From: Raja brachyura
Taxonomy: Eukaryota
Direction: 5' to 3'
Assembly (NCBI GenBank): GCA_963514005.1
Contig: OY740820.1
Location: 22,506,001 to 22,570,000 of the forward strand
Length of the DNA: 64,000 nucleotides
Below the pieces are notes generated by a model, which searched no databases, was not told the origin of the DNA, and saw nothing but the letters and a program-made list of their open reading frames with translations. The position numbers and the translations under genes were made by a program. Positions 38,816 to 52,224 of this stretch are shown here, piece after piece. The first letter of the stretch is position 1. Every line of letters begins with the position of its first letter.

Positions 38816-40667
38816 CATCTATCTACTGGTACTCATTTGGCACCATCACGGGCAAACCCGCAGCTCAAAATGTCGCCTATCCATGTTCTCCAGAGATGCT
38901 GCCTGACCCGCTGAGTTACTCCAGCCATTTGAAATATAAAGCAAATTTAAATATAAAGCAACATCTGCAGTTCCTGGGGCCTACATATACTTTTCTTGCT
39001 TGCCTACAGATCACAAATTCCAATGCTTTTTTGTTTTAATGCAATTTAAGCCCCACACAAAAAAATATTCAAAGCCTGTATTTTCTCAACGCTGTGTCTA
39101 TCTCCTCCCCAGGGTTAATTACCATGCGACAGAATGTAGAGATCAAAATTAATTTGGAATCTATTGAACATAGTCATCAGACCAGGCAGCATCTGTGGAG
39201 ACAGACACTTGTGAAGTCATCGTTTGGAACCTTAAAGATAGACACAAAATGCTGGAGTAACTCAGTAGCACACACTAGGGACAATTTACACTTATACCAA
39301 GCCAATTAACCCACAAACATCTTTGAAGTGTGGGAGGAAACCGAAGATCTCTGTAGTAAATCTGCGGAATTCTCTGCCACAGAAAGTAGTTGAGGCCAGT
39401 TCATTGGCTATATTTAAGAGGGAGTTAGATGTGGCACTTGTGGCTAAGGGGATCAGAGGGTATGGAGAGAAAGCAGGTACGGGATACTGAGTTGGATGAT
39501 CAGCCACGATCATATTGAATGGCCGGATGGCCTACTCCAGCACCTATTTTCTATGTTTCTATCTCGGAGAAACCCCTATGCAGGTCACGGGGAGAACGTA
39601 CAAACTCCATTCAGACAGCACCCGTGGTTGGGATCGAACCTGGGTCTCCGAGGCTGCACACGCTGCAAGGCAGCAACTCTACCGCTGCGCCACCGTGACC
39701 GCCCTTGATAGGATTTAAGGCCGGCGTGGGACTTGAACCAGCGAACTTCTACCTCAAGAGTAAGTGTCACAAGCCTGGGCGGTTAAAATAAGTAATTTAA
39801 GAGTTATTTGATGGAGGGTTTTTAGAAATGCCATAAACCGGAGAAGAAAAGCCAGCCTGCAATATTATTACTGCTGCAAGATAGAATTATAGTCTCTCAC
39901 TCACTCTTTCACAGGGACTATATTTTACGTCAGACAGTCCCTGCAGGACGGTTTACATTATTGTTTTAAGGCTAAGGTCAGGAAAGCAAAGACACCATGG
40001 ATTGTGGATATGGAATGTGGCAGTGATGGTATATTATAGTTGTGGATAACTGGGTCAGAGGATGGATGGCGACTGTAATCACGGCATGGGAACCATCTTT
40101 AAAATGCATTTCCCAAACACCACATCATCCTTGCCTTTGACAGTGACAGGGCTGCAGCAGAGGAGCAGATACTGCCGTGTGAGCAGTCACCCACACCTCG
40201 CTTACATTACCCACTGCGACACACACTCATTCAACCTGCACCAGCATCCAATCCCTCTCCGTCACGCTCCTCTCACTCATCTGTGCCCTTGCACACTCGC
40301 CTACACACACCCTCTCCTGTGCACGCTCACACACGCACACACCCTCTCACTCACACTCCCCCTCACACGCACACCCTCACACACTCTCGTCCACTCTTAC
40401 ATACTTGCCTGCGTCCTCTCACACGGTTTGTGTGTTGCTTTTGATTGTTTGTGCCAAGCAAGTACTGAGAGAGTGTGTGTGTGTGTGTGTGTGTGCCAAG
40501 CAAGTATAAGTTTGTAGATCAACAGTTCGACCATTTCCTTAGATTATTAGCTAGGGTGTTGTCCCAATCTTCCACCCTACCTCACTGTGGTACTTGCATT
40601 TTTTTCTTGCACTTCCTCTGTATCTGTAAAGCAATAGTTCTGTAACACTATATTCTGAACTCTAGCT

Positions 40668-41335
40668 CGTGTGTGTGTATATATAATGTCTGTGTGTGCC
40701 CGTGTGTGTGTGCCCGTGTGTGTGTCCGTGTGTGTGTCCGTGTGTGTGTGTCCGTGTGTGTGCGTCCGTGTGTGTGCGTCCGTGTGTGTGCGTCCGAGTG
40801 TGTGTGCCCGTGTGTGTGCGTCCGTGTGTGTGTGTCCGTGTGTGTGTGCCCGTGTGTGTGTGCCCGTGTGTGCGTCCGTGTGTGTGCCCGTGTGTGTGCG
40901 TCCGTGTGTGTGTGTCCGTGTGTGTGTGCCCGTGTGTGTGTGTCCGTGTGTGTGTATATATAATGTCTGTGTGTGCCCGTGTGTGTGTGTCCGTGTGTGT
41001 GCGTCCGTGTGTGTGCGTCCGTGTGTGTGCGTCCGAGTGTGTGTGCCCGTGTGTGTGTGCCCGTGTGTGTGTGTCCGTGTGTGTGTATATATAATNNNNN
41101 NNNNNNNNNNNNNNNNNNNNNNNNNNNNNNNNNNNNNNNNNNNNNNNNNNNNNNNNNNNNNNNNNNNNNNNNNNNNNNNNNNNNNNNNNNNNNNNNNNNN
41201 NNNNNNNNNNNNNNNNNNNNNNNNNNNNNNNNNNNNNNNNNNNNNCCGAGTGTGCGTCCGAGTGTGCGTCCGAGTGTGCGTCCGAGTGTGCGTCCGAGTG
41301 TGCGTCCGAGTGTGCGTCCGAGTGTGCGTGTGCGC
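40668..41335. repeat. Complex GT-derived satellite containing a 150-N assembly gap (41096-41245)
   Basis: (gt)n-ccgt variants with a higher-order unit ending gtatatataat; (ccgagtgtgcgt)n after the gap. Confidence 0.95.
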
Positions 41336-41921
41336 GCTGCAGATGCTGGTTTGCACCAGAGAAAGACACAAAAAGCTGGAGTAACTCAGCGGGACGGGCA
41401 GCATCTCTGGAGAGAAGGAATGGGTGACGGTTCGGGTCCAGACCCTTCTTCACGCCCTACTTTGATTATTCTCGTGTACAGTATGATTTGACAGGATAGC
41501 ACACAAAGTTTTATCATTTTTTTCTCGGTTCACCTGGAAACAACATGAAGGAGCCAGCCTGGTCATGACCGACACTTGCATACATGCACCAGGGAAATTG
41601 CAGGAAAGTTTGTTTAGCTAACCCATCGATCGTTTGGAAAGTAGTAAGACTGGATCGGTTTAGAAAGGAGATGAGGAGGAATTTCTTAAGCCAGAGGGTG
41701 GTGAATCTGTGGGATTCATTGCCGCAGACGGCTGCGGAGGCCAAATTGGGCATTTTCAAGCGGAGAATGATAGGTACTTGATTAGGAAGGACGTCAAAGA
41801 TTATGGGGGAAGGCAGGAGAATGGAGTTCCATGGGCAAATAGATCAGCCATGATTTAATAGCAGAAGAGACTCAATGGGTTGAATGGCCTCATTCTGTTC
41901 CTCCGTCTTACGGAAAGCTTC

Positions 41922-41975
41922 AGGGTGGAAGATTGCAACCTTCACGTGGCCCGCCCTGTTTCGACTAATGCAATC
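41922..41975 (+). ncRNA. Minimal HDV-like ribozyme, copy 4 (one P3 mismatch)
   Basis: P1 AGGGTGG/CCGCCCT, P2 GATTGCA/TGCAATC, P3 ACC/GGC, L3 TTCACGT, J4/2 CTAA. Confidence 0.75.
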
Positions 41976-42061
41976 AACTCGACGTGCACAAACGGAAGAT
42001 CAAATAGAACAAGTTGTCCAACAACTTTAGGCTGTGCACGCCACACGGAAGAAGGAGAGAT
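41923..42061 (+). mobile_element. HDV-ribozyme-capped short retroelement, copy 4
   Basis: Perfect 11-bp TSD ggaaagcttca (41912-41922, 42062-42072); purine tail ggaagaaggagaga. Confidence 0.9.
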
Positions 42062-42219
42062 GGAAAGCTTCAAGGGCCAAAATGGGCCTATCGTAAATGG
42101 GGCATTTTGGTCAGTATGGACCAGTTGGGCCAAAGGGCCAGCTTTTGTGCTGCATGACTGTGTCTGCCTTGTGCCTTTGAGGGTGAGCAGGCGAATGCTT
42201 TGCAACGTTGGCGTCTTAC

Positions 42220-42280
42220 CTCTGCAAAGTCCCAGCAGTAGAGGCATTGCGAAACACACCGGGAAGGTGGCGAAGGGCAT
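42220..42280 (-). CDS. CD276: CD276/B7-H3 coding exon 1 (signal peptide MPFATFPVCFAMPLLLGLCR-G); whole exon approx. 42220-42397 including 5'UTR
   Basis: ATG at 42280 and a hydrophobic 20-aa peptide ending at strong donor AGAG|GTAAGA (phase 1), which joins the IgV exon in frame (...LCRG-ALDIQV). Upstream acceptor ttgtttgtcaaccctgcag| at 42397. Confidence 0.8.
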
Positions 42281-42989
42281 CGCTGAGGATGGTGGCGAGT
42301 GTTGGTGAGGAAGGCAGAACGAGGATAGGCCAGAAGTTCCGCCTCGTCAGACGACGCACTGCCCTTCACGACCCCGACAACAACATCAACGACGTGTCTG
42401 CAGGGTTGACAAACAAGCAAGTGTTGATCAGGGGTTAAAAAATCCACATACAATACGATAGCACTTTATCGATCCCAGGAGGGAAATTTATCTGCCAGCA
42501 GTCATAAAAACACAAGCTGCATGAAACACTACATTAAAGTGACGAGTGGAAAGGATTGGAGATGTGCACAGATTGAGGAGGTGGGGGGGGGGGGGGGGGA
42601 GGGGAGTCAGTATCAGTCTACCCCACAACAGATACAGCTTGATAGCCACAGGGAAGAAGGATCTCCTGTGGCGTTCTGTGCTGCAACTTGGGAAACATAA
42701 GCAAAGTGATGGGATTATACAGGGAAACATTGTGCTCAAACAGACCACTCAGCCTTCCGAGGCCGTTCCTCATTCATCAAGATCATTGGTTGACCAGCAC
42801 TGTGAATCAACTTGCCTGCCTTTTCTATACCGCTAAAAAAACCTCCTCATCTCGAGGATCTGACAAAGGGTATAACAGTGTCTCACGGCACCAGAGACCC
42901 GTGTTCGATCCTGACCTCGGGTGCTGTCTGTACAGAGTTTGTAGGTTTCCCCTGTGGCCGCGTGGGTTTTCTCCAGGTGCTCCAGTTTA

Positions 42990-43700
42990 ACATAGAAACA
43001 TAGACAATAGATGCAAGAGTAGGCCATTCGGCCCTTCGAGCCTGCACCGCCTTTCAATATGATCATGGCTGATCATCCAACTCAGTATCCTGTACCTGCC
43101 TTCTCTCCATACCCCCTGATCCATTTAGCCACAAGGGCCACATCTAACTCCCTCTTAAATATAGCCAATGAACTGGCCTCAACTACCTTCTGTGGCAGAG
43201 AATTCCACAGATTCACCATTCTCTGTGTGAAAAATGATTTTCTCATCTCGGTCCTAAAAGACTTCCCCTTTATCCTTAAACTGTGACCCCATGTTCTGGA
43301 CTTCCCCAACATCGGGAACAATCTTCCTGCAGCCAGCCTGTCCAACCCCTTAAGAATTTTGTATGTTTCTACAAGATCCCCCCTCAATCTTCTAAATTCT
43401 AGCGAGTACAAGCCGAGCCTATCTAGTCTTTCTTCATATGGAAGTCCTGCCATCCCAGGAATCAATCTGGTGAACCTTCTCTGTACTCCCTCTATGACAA
43501 GAATGTCTTTCCTTAGATTAGGAGACCAGAACTGTACGCAATACTCCAGGTGTGGTCTCACCAAGACCCTGTACAACTGCAGTAGAACCTCCCTGCTCTG
43601 TCCAACCCCTTAAGAATTTTGTAAGTTTCTACAAGATCCCCCCTCAATCTTCTAAATTCCAGCGAGTACAAGCCGAGTCTATCCTCATATGAAGACTGGA
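42990..43700 (-). mobile_element. CR1 LINE 3' fragment with short internal duplication at its 5' end
   Basis: 164-aa open CR1 ORF2 C-terminus at 43082-43576. Confidence 0.9.
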
Positions 43701-45147
43701 TGGACGCGGCTTGTACTTCCACACTTCCACGGTTACCTTTCACACTCCAAAGACGCACAGGTTTGTGGGTTAATTGGTTAAAATTGTAAATTCTTCCCTA
43801 GTGTGTGTAGGATGGCGATCGCTGGTCGGCACGAAGGGCCTGTTTCCGCGCTGTATCTCCAAACTAAAGTAAATCTTCCAGCAATGTCTGAAGAAGGGTC
43901 TCGACCCGAAACGTCGCCCGTCTCCTTCGCTCCTTAAATGATGCTGCACCCACTGAGTTTCTCCAGCTTTTTGTGTAACCTTCCAGCAATTATCATTAGG
44001 TGGCGATAGGGAGCAGGATCTTGGATGGCTAATACACTTCCAGCATTGTCATCTCGTCAGCAACAAGACACCAAAACTGTGGCTCCATTTATTAGAATCA
44101 CTGAAATGAAACACTAAAATAGACCCTGGTGCCCCTGTTCATGGAGAAAAATCTGCCAGTGCTACACCTCAGCACTTCTCGCACAAACCTACTGTACATT
44201 CAGCACTCTGTATCTTCCCCTTTGAGCTACTGAACTTACTCTTGTGGAGTCTGGCTGGATTATATTCATGAATAATATTATCTGGTCAAATTCTGTTTTG
44301 CAGCTGGCAGGAAAACCAAAACATAGAAACATAAAAATATAGACAATAGGTGCAGGAGTAGGCCATTCGGCCCTTCGAGCCTGCACCGCCATTCAATATG
44401 ATCATGGCTGATCATCCAACTTAGTATCCCGTACCTGCCTTCTCTCCATACCCCCTGATCCCTTTAGCCACAAGGGCCACATCTAACTTCCTCTTAAATA
44501 TAGCCAATGAACTGGCCTCAACTACCATCTGTGGCAGAGAGTTCCACAGATTCACCACTCTCTGTGTGAAAAAAGTTTTTCTCAATATTAGAGACAGATA
44601 GAGTAATACAGAGACCAGGTTCGATCCTCGCTACGTGTGCTGTCTGTGCGGAGTTTACATGTTCTCCCTGTAGCCGTGTGGGTTTCCTCAGGTGCTCCGG
44701 TTTCCTCCTACATCACAAAGACGTGCGGGTTTGTAGGTTAACTGGCCCCGGTAAAATTGTCCCTGGTGTGTGCAGGACAGAACGAGTGTGAATGGGCGAT
44801 CGTTGGTCGGTGCGGACTCGGTGGGGCGAAGGACCTATTTCCACGCTGAATCTCTGGAAGAAACTAAACTACAGTGAAGACAGCTCCTACATCCTAGCAA
44901 CAGATTCAATAAAAGTATATCCTTCACATAGAGTTAAGCCGCACAAAATGCCATCCTGAGCTCAACTTATGGGGCTACCCTCAACCTCGAACGTGACAAT
45001 AGGTGGAAGTAGGTCCAAGGGCACCATTTCCTCCATCTGTGTCCATGTCACAGGCCAGGCCTCCCCCCTGAGCCGCTCAGAGACCCCAACATCAGTCTAA
45101 CAGCTTTGAAAGGAAGGATGTGACAGATAATGACAAACACCTTCCTT

Positions 45148-45256
45148 TGGCAGCTTACAACCCAGCCCTATGAATATTGATTTCTCTAACTTCAAGTAAC
45201 CCTCAGATAGACACAAAATGCTAGAGTAACTCAGCGGGACAGACGGCATCTCTACA

Positions 45257-45295
<39 letters not shown>

Positions 45296-45400
45296 AACGG
45301 GTGACGTTTCGGGTCGAGACCCTTCTCCAGGCCTGGCTGTCAAATAACCCTTTCTTTCCCTCTCTCCGTCCCCCCCCCACCCTAGTTCTCTGACTAGTTT
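45148..45400 (+). mobile_element. Penelope-like element 3' fragment with nested inverted pLTR and (GA)n
   Basis: ggcagcttacaaccc...atgaatattgatttctctaacttcaagtaaccc matches the PLE ORF end. Confidence 0.7.
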
Positions 45401-48400
45401 CACTGACCGGGTGCTCCGGATTCCTCCCACATCCCAAAGCGGTGCAGGTTTGTCAGTTAGTTGGCTTCTGTAAATTGTCCCTTGTGTGTAGGATAGAACT
45501 AGTGTGCGGGTGATCGCTGCTCGGAGTGATCTGGGTATCTGTGCAAATAAACTAAAACCATCTTCTTCACAGTTCCGATGTAAAGGTCTCCCTTGAAACG
45601 CCAACTCCATTTCTCAAACCCATTGATGTTATTAGACCTGGTGAGTAGTTTAGGTTAGAGATACAGTGCAGAAACAGTCCCTTCGGCCCACCAAGTCCGC
45701 ACCGACCAGCGATCCCCGCACACTAACACTATCCTACACACACTGGGGACAATGTCTAATTATACCAAGCCAATTCACCTACAAACAAGTACGTCTTTGG
45801 AGTGTGGGAGGAAACCGGAGCACTCGGAGAAATCCCACGCAGGTCACGGTGAGAACGTACAAACTCCATACAGACAGCACCCGTAGTTAGGATCGAACCC
45901 GGGTGTTCGGCACTGTAAGGTTTTAGTTTTGGGAAAAGGCCCTTCGGCCCATTGAATCCATGCCAACCTTCAATCACTCGTCATCACTAGTTCTATGTTA
46001 TCCCATTAGGGACAATTGGCAGAGGCCAATTAATCTACAAACCCGCACGTCTGTGTGATGTGGGAGGAAACCGGAGGTCCCGGAGGAAACCCACGGGGTC
46101 ACAGGGAAAACGTGCCAACTCCACACAGACAGCGCCCGAGGTCAGGATGGAACCCGGGTCTCATGGCGCTGTGACGCAGTGGCTCTACCCGCTGCACCAT
46201 TGTACCCCCTCGTCATACGTATCGAGCCCAGAAGAATGAAATCCTTATGGGCAGCAGTTACACGGGCCCATTGCAACAAACCACAAATAATTACCATCAA
46301 TTATCACTAAGATCTCATTCAATTCCCACAAATGATCCTTTAGGGTTAATTTTAACCTAACTTTCTCGATGCAAGTACAGAAATTAACAGGCATGATGAG
46401 TTGCCTGTGCTTCAAAGTTTAAATCAGCTTAACATAGAATTATGTTTATAGCTGCAGAAAGGAACTGCAGATGCAGGAAAAATGATGGGTGACTTTACGG
46501 GTTTGAACCCTTCTTCAGTCCTGGTTTGAACCCGAAACATCACCAATCCTTTTTCTCCAGAGATGCTGCCTTACCCGCTGAGTTACTCCAGCACTTTGTG
46601 TCCATCTACGGTATAAACTACCATCGGAAGTTGCTTCCTGCACATTGAACCACACTCCTAGATCTCTCTGCTCTCCAACAGTCCCCAAATGAAAGAAGGG
46701 TGGGGATTGCTCCCGCTGGCCTTGCCAACATTCTTTCCGTAGCCAGGAAAACTGATCAACAGTGAGGAATGCTGGCCTGTTGAATGGGAGATATCACTGC
46801 CGGCTATACTGGGTGGCACGGTGGCGCAGCAGTAGAGTTGCTGCCTTACAGCGCTTGCAGCGCCAGAGACCCGGGTTCGATCCCGACTAGGGGCGCTGTC
46901 TGTACGGAGTTTGCACGTTCTCCCCGTGACCGCCTGGGTTTTCTCAGAGATCTTCGGTTGCCTCCCGTACTCCAAAGACGTACAGCTATGTAGGTAAATT
47001 GGCTTGGTAAATGTAAAAAAAAAAGTTCTCACTAGTGTGTGCAGGGTGGTGTTAATATGCGGGGGTCGCTGGTGAGTGCGGACCCGAAGGGCCTGTTTCC
47101 GTGCTGTATCTCTAAACTAGAGTCCATGGACGTCCACTGCAGTGGCCTGGCTTCAGTGCCACATGTACAGCATTGACATCTGCTATCATACTTAGGAATA
47201 TCTAATTGATGACAGCACTTACTCACTCGCCAATATCCTCTAGTTGTTCCAGTGTTTTCATAAAACTCGCACTCAGTCAAAGTACCTTACTGCGTTCCAG
47301 ATGTCGATCGTAAGCAGTCAGCGATGAAGGCAGACACAGAACAAAATACAGAACTAACTGAGAGCAAGAACTCATGGAATGAAAGGAAGGCTCGCATCTG
47401 GATGTGCCGTCATTTCTGGAATCCCCCCCGCAATATTTTACAGTCCAGGAGTTCTTATGATTGAGACACAAGAGGCTGCAGATGCTGGACTTGCGGGTTA
47501 AAAAGAAGACAAACATGCAGGGCAACTCAGCGGGTCGGGCAGCGTCTGTGGAGGGAATTGGACAGACGACGTTTCGGGTCGGGACCCTTCTTCAGGCCAA
47601 TGGAGAAAAGAGAAAAAAAAATGGATTGCCAGCAAGTGATGGGCAAATGAAGAAGGGTTTCGACCCGAAACGTCACCCATTCCTCCTCCCCAGAGATGCA
47701 ATAGATAATAGGTGCAGAAATAGGCCATTCGGCCCTTTGAGGCAGCACCATCATTCACTGTGATCATGGCTGATCATCCACAATCAGTACCCCGTTCCTG
47801 CCTTCTCCCCATATCCCTTGACTGTTGCTGCCTGTCCCGTTGAGTTACTCCAGTATTTTGTGTTAATCCTAAGTGATGGCAAGTTGGGCCGAAGGTCCTG
47901 TTTCCACGCTGCAAGACTCTATGATAGGTAGATCCAGGTGAGAGGTGGGGTAGGGGGGTGATTGGTAGATGGGTCACGTTGGGGAGAAAAGAATGGAGAC
48001 AGTAACCAAGCCTGCAGTTTATAGATACACCATAGATACACCATGTCTGCACCGAGGGGCAATCACCCACACACTATCCTACAAACTAGGGACAATCCAT
48101 TGATGCCAATTAACCTACAAACCCGCACATCTTTGGAATGCGGGAGGAAGCACCCAGAGAATCGTGCAAACTCCGTACAGACAGCACCCATAGTCAGGAT
48201 CGACCTACAACACGAGTTTGGCATTTACTTGAGTGCGGAGAGAATGGATGAGAAAATGGGATAACATAAAACTAGTGTGAATGGGTGATGTGGTCTGCAT
48301 GGACTTGATGGGCCAAATGGCCAGTTTCCCTGCTGTAGTTCTAATCAGACTCTCCAATAAAGTTAGTGACATAGAAACGTAGAAAATAGGTGCAGGAGGA

Positions 48401-49944
48401 GGTGGTTTGGCCTTTTGAGCCAGCACCGCCATTCAATATGATCATGGTTGATCAACCAAAATCAGTACCCCGTCCCTGCTTTCTCCCTATGTCCCTTGAT
48501 TCCATTAAATGACAACACCTGAAATGGCCTTTATTCTTGGGTGAAGTTGCACCAATGAAAGGGTATAGAAATGTAGAACTGAGAGACAGTCCTTCAGACC
48601 AACAAGACTGTTCCAACATTCTACTGGGCAATAAATTAAACAAACTTCTGAGGCTCGGCACAAAATGCTGGAGTAACTCAGCGGATCAGGCAGCATTACT
48701 GGATAGAAGGAATAGGTGACGTTTCAGGTCGAGACACTTCTGCAGACTCTGAAGAATTGCTCTTCAGTGCAAACCAGCATCTGCAGTTCCTCTTTGACAC
48801 ATCAATTCCGAGTCCTAGACTCTCCCACAAGTGGCAGCATCCTCTCCACATCCACTCTATCTACGCCCAAAAGGATGGAAACCAAAGCTGGCAATGAATA
48901 TTTGTGATAAAACAGTTTTGATTGCCCCTCGATATCGGATCTGAAGAAGCTCTAGGCTTTGGCATAAGTAATGTGCGTGCATTCTCGTGGTTCATGTTCC
49001 CAATGACACTATCCAAATACTGCGCTGTTTTTTCTCTCTCGACACTCCCGACAAAGTGCAAATGTATTTGAGCACAAGGCACACAGAGATAATCACCACT
49101 TAGAGAGACGTAAAACTAATATAACACGCAGATGTCAGCTGGTGGGCAAAGCTTTGTGGGATGTATGGGGCATGATTCACTGAGATGCTGCCCGTGAGGT
49201 TCAATTAGTGTCAGCAGTAGATGCAGGTGTAAAGGTGAGGCAGTCGCACTAATTCCTTGTACTTCCTTCCTTCAAACTGAATTATCAAAGAGAGAGCATA
49301 GAAACAATTTCAGTTTACGTTAGAGATAAAGCGGAAACAGGCCCTTCGGCCCACCGAGTCCCACCCACACACCAAACACTATCCTACACACACACACTAG
49401 GGATAATTTACATTCATACCAAGCCAATTAACCCACAAACCTGTACGTCTTTGGAGTGTGGGAGGAAACCGAAGATCTCGGAGAAAACTCACGCAGGTCG
49501 CACAGAGAAGGCACAAACATTGTTGAACCCTCGGTTAAATTTGGTGGAACTTGGGGAAGATTTATTCAACATTTTCATACGACATAAACTGTCCCCTCTC
49601 CAACTGTTATAATATTTTTTTTACTGGTATACGGTGGAACGGACTTGACGACAAACAAAGACTTTAATTGTTGAAACTCTTTGCAGCCCAGATTCTCTTT
49701 TCCTTTTTTCCCCTTTTTCTTCTTTATTTAGTTTTTTTGTTTTTTCTCTTCTTTTCTCTCATCTTTTTGTTTTTATACATGTACGTTCTCTTTTAAACAC
49801 TTAACTATATTTACATAGAGACCGGGAGGTCTATATTCAATGTGTATGTTGAGACTGGACTCATATTTAGGTTATACCTGCCACTAATGTAACCCCGATC
49901 CCTATGTATCAATATCAATGTTATGTTTATCATTAACCACATAA

Positions 49945-50356
49945 CCATATAACAATTACAGCACGGAAACAGGCCCTCTCGGCCCTTCCAGTCCGTGCCG
50001 ACCATTTATTTTCCCCTAGTCCCATCTACCTGCACTCAGACCGTACCCCTCAGTTCCCTTCCCGTCCATATACCTATCCGCTTTACTTTTAAATGTTAAA
50101 ATCGATCCTGCCTCCACCACTTCTGCTGGAAGATCATTCCACACAGCCACCACTCTCTGAGTAAAGAAGTTCCCCCTCATGTTACCCCTAAACTTCTGTC
50201 CCTTAATTCTCATGTCATACCCTCTTGTTTGAATCTTCCCTACCCTCAATGGGAAAAGCTTATCCACGTCAACTCTGTCTATCCCTTTCATCATTTTAAA
50301 GACTTCAATCAAGTCCCCCCTTAACCTTCTGCGCTCCAAAGAATAAAGACCTAACT
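49945..50356 (-). mobile_element. CR1 LINE 3' fragment (different subfamily)
   Basis: ERRRLRGDLIEVFK...FFTQRVVAVWNDLP; tail (tatgg/ttatg). Confidence 0.85.
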
Positions 50357-50827
50357 TTTACTTTTTTGTCTTTTTGTTTTTGCTTTTGAAAAAAGCGAAT
50401 AAAAAGATTTTGAAAGAAAAAAGAGAATGCACAAACTGTGTACAGACAGCACCCATGGACAGGATCGAACCCGGGTCTCTGGTGCTGTGAGGCAGCAACT
50501 CTACTGCTGCACCACTGTGCCACTCTTCAACTTTCTTCAAAGCAACGGTTTTCTTATCCTGCCAACAACTCTACCATGCAATTACTTTTTGAAAGCATGC
50601 GAGGAAGGAAAGGCAAGGTTGGATTCTCAAGAAACAGGCAGCTTTTTTTTTTCCAGATGCAAGATCTAAAAATAACAGGATGAGATCACTGTCCGTCCTT
50701 AATCTGAACCCATGCTGACCACAGGGTAGGAAGGAAGGTGTCAAACCAGACAGGGAAAGCAAGTACCACTGAGGTCAGCTCTTCATCAAAGCACAACTGC
50801 CAAGCTTCATCTTATAGAGACTTTATA

Positions 50828-51210
50828 GGGATCTTATAGAAACGTACAAAATTCTTAAGGGGTTGGACAGGCTAGACGCAGGAAGATTGTTCCTGATGTT
50901 GGGAAAGTCCAGAACAAGGGGTCACAGTTTAGGGATAAGGGGGAAGTCTTTTAGAACCGAGATGAGAAAAACATTTTTCACACAGAGAGTGGTGAGTCTG
51001 TGGAATTCTCTGCCACCGAAGGTAGTTGAGGCCAGTTCATTGGCTATATTTAAGAGGGAGTTAGATGTGGTCCTTGTGGCTAAAGGGATCAGGGGGTATG
51101 GAGAGAAGGCAGGTACAGGATACTGAGTTGGATGATCAGCCAAGATCATATTGAATGGCGGTGCAGGCTCGAAGGGCCGAATGGCCTACTCCTGCACCTA
51201 TTTTCTATGA
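50828..51210 (+). mobile_element. CR1 LINE 3' fragment
   Basis: ORF 50863-51126 and tail. Confidence 0.85.
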
Positions 51211-52224
51211 TTCTATGGCCTTGGCTTTTGATGCCTCAGATACAGTAAAGAAATTGGAAGAGAGACGCAAAATGCTGGAGTAACTCAGCGGGACAGGCAG
51301 CATCTCCAGAGAGAAGGAATGGGAGATGTTTTGGGTCGAGAACCGAAGAAGGGTCTCGACCTGAAACGTCACCCATTCCTTCTCTCCAGACATGCTGCCT
51401 GTCCCGCTGAGTTACCCCAGCATTTTGAGTCTATCCATGTTGACCAGGCTACTGATTAAAACCACAAGCAGTTGCCTGTGCTGTTTGTTTCACCTGTTCA
51501 TCTTTAATCTGCTAAAAATCAGAGAGTCTGCATGTAATCAGTAGCAGCTGGAGAAAGGTTCAGGCCTGGTGAATTCATAATTCTTTGCCAAGATAAATGA
51601 TCACACGGTGATGTCTCGGTACAAAAGGCGGCGTCTAATCGAGTCCACCTTCCAAGATGGTCCCAACGCAGGCGACTGACTATCTGTGTGCTAGCATCAC
51701 AATCAGATCTACAAACTCACATTACAATCGCTCTCCAATCTTAAATCTCTCTATACCCTGTAAATGGTTCGATTGTAATCATGTATTGTCTTTCCGCTGA
51801 CTGGTTAGCACGCAACAACAAAAACTGGAGTCCAGGACTGGATGAATAATTACACCTTGTAATCTACGGACCCATCTCCCCCCCCCCCCCCCCCCCCCCT
51901 CTCTATTACTTTATAGTTTAATTCTTTTTCCACTTGTTTCCTTTTCTCTCTACAGCTCTATCTTTCAAAAAAATGTTATTTAAAAAAAAGTTTTGTATAT
52001 ATGTAATTGGTAAACAAATCGTGTTCTGCTATTATATGTATATGCTTCTGATAAAAATATTACAATTAAAACTTTCACTGTACCTCAGTACACGCGACAA
52101 TAATCTAAACTATGGACAATAGGAGGCCAATAGGAGGTGCAGGAGGAGGCCATTCGGCCCTTCGAGCCAGCACCACCATTCAATGTGATCATGGCTGACC
52201 AACTGCACTGAGCTTTTATTTTGC

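Noticed and set aside
40577-41491. Long His/Thr- or Val/Cys-rich ORFs
   Set aside because: Translations of a GT satellite spanning an N gap.
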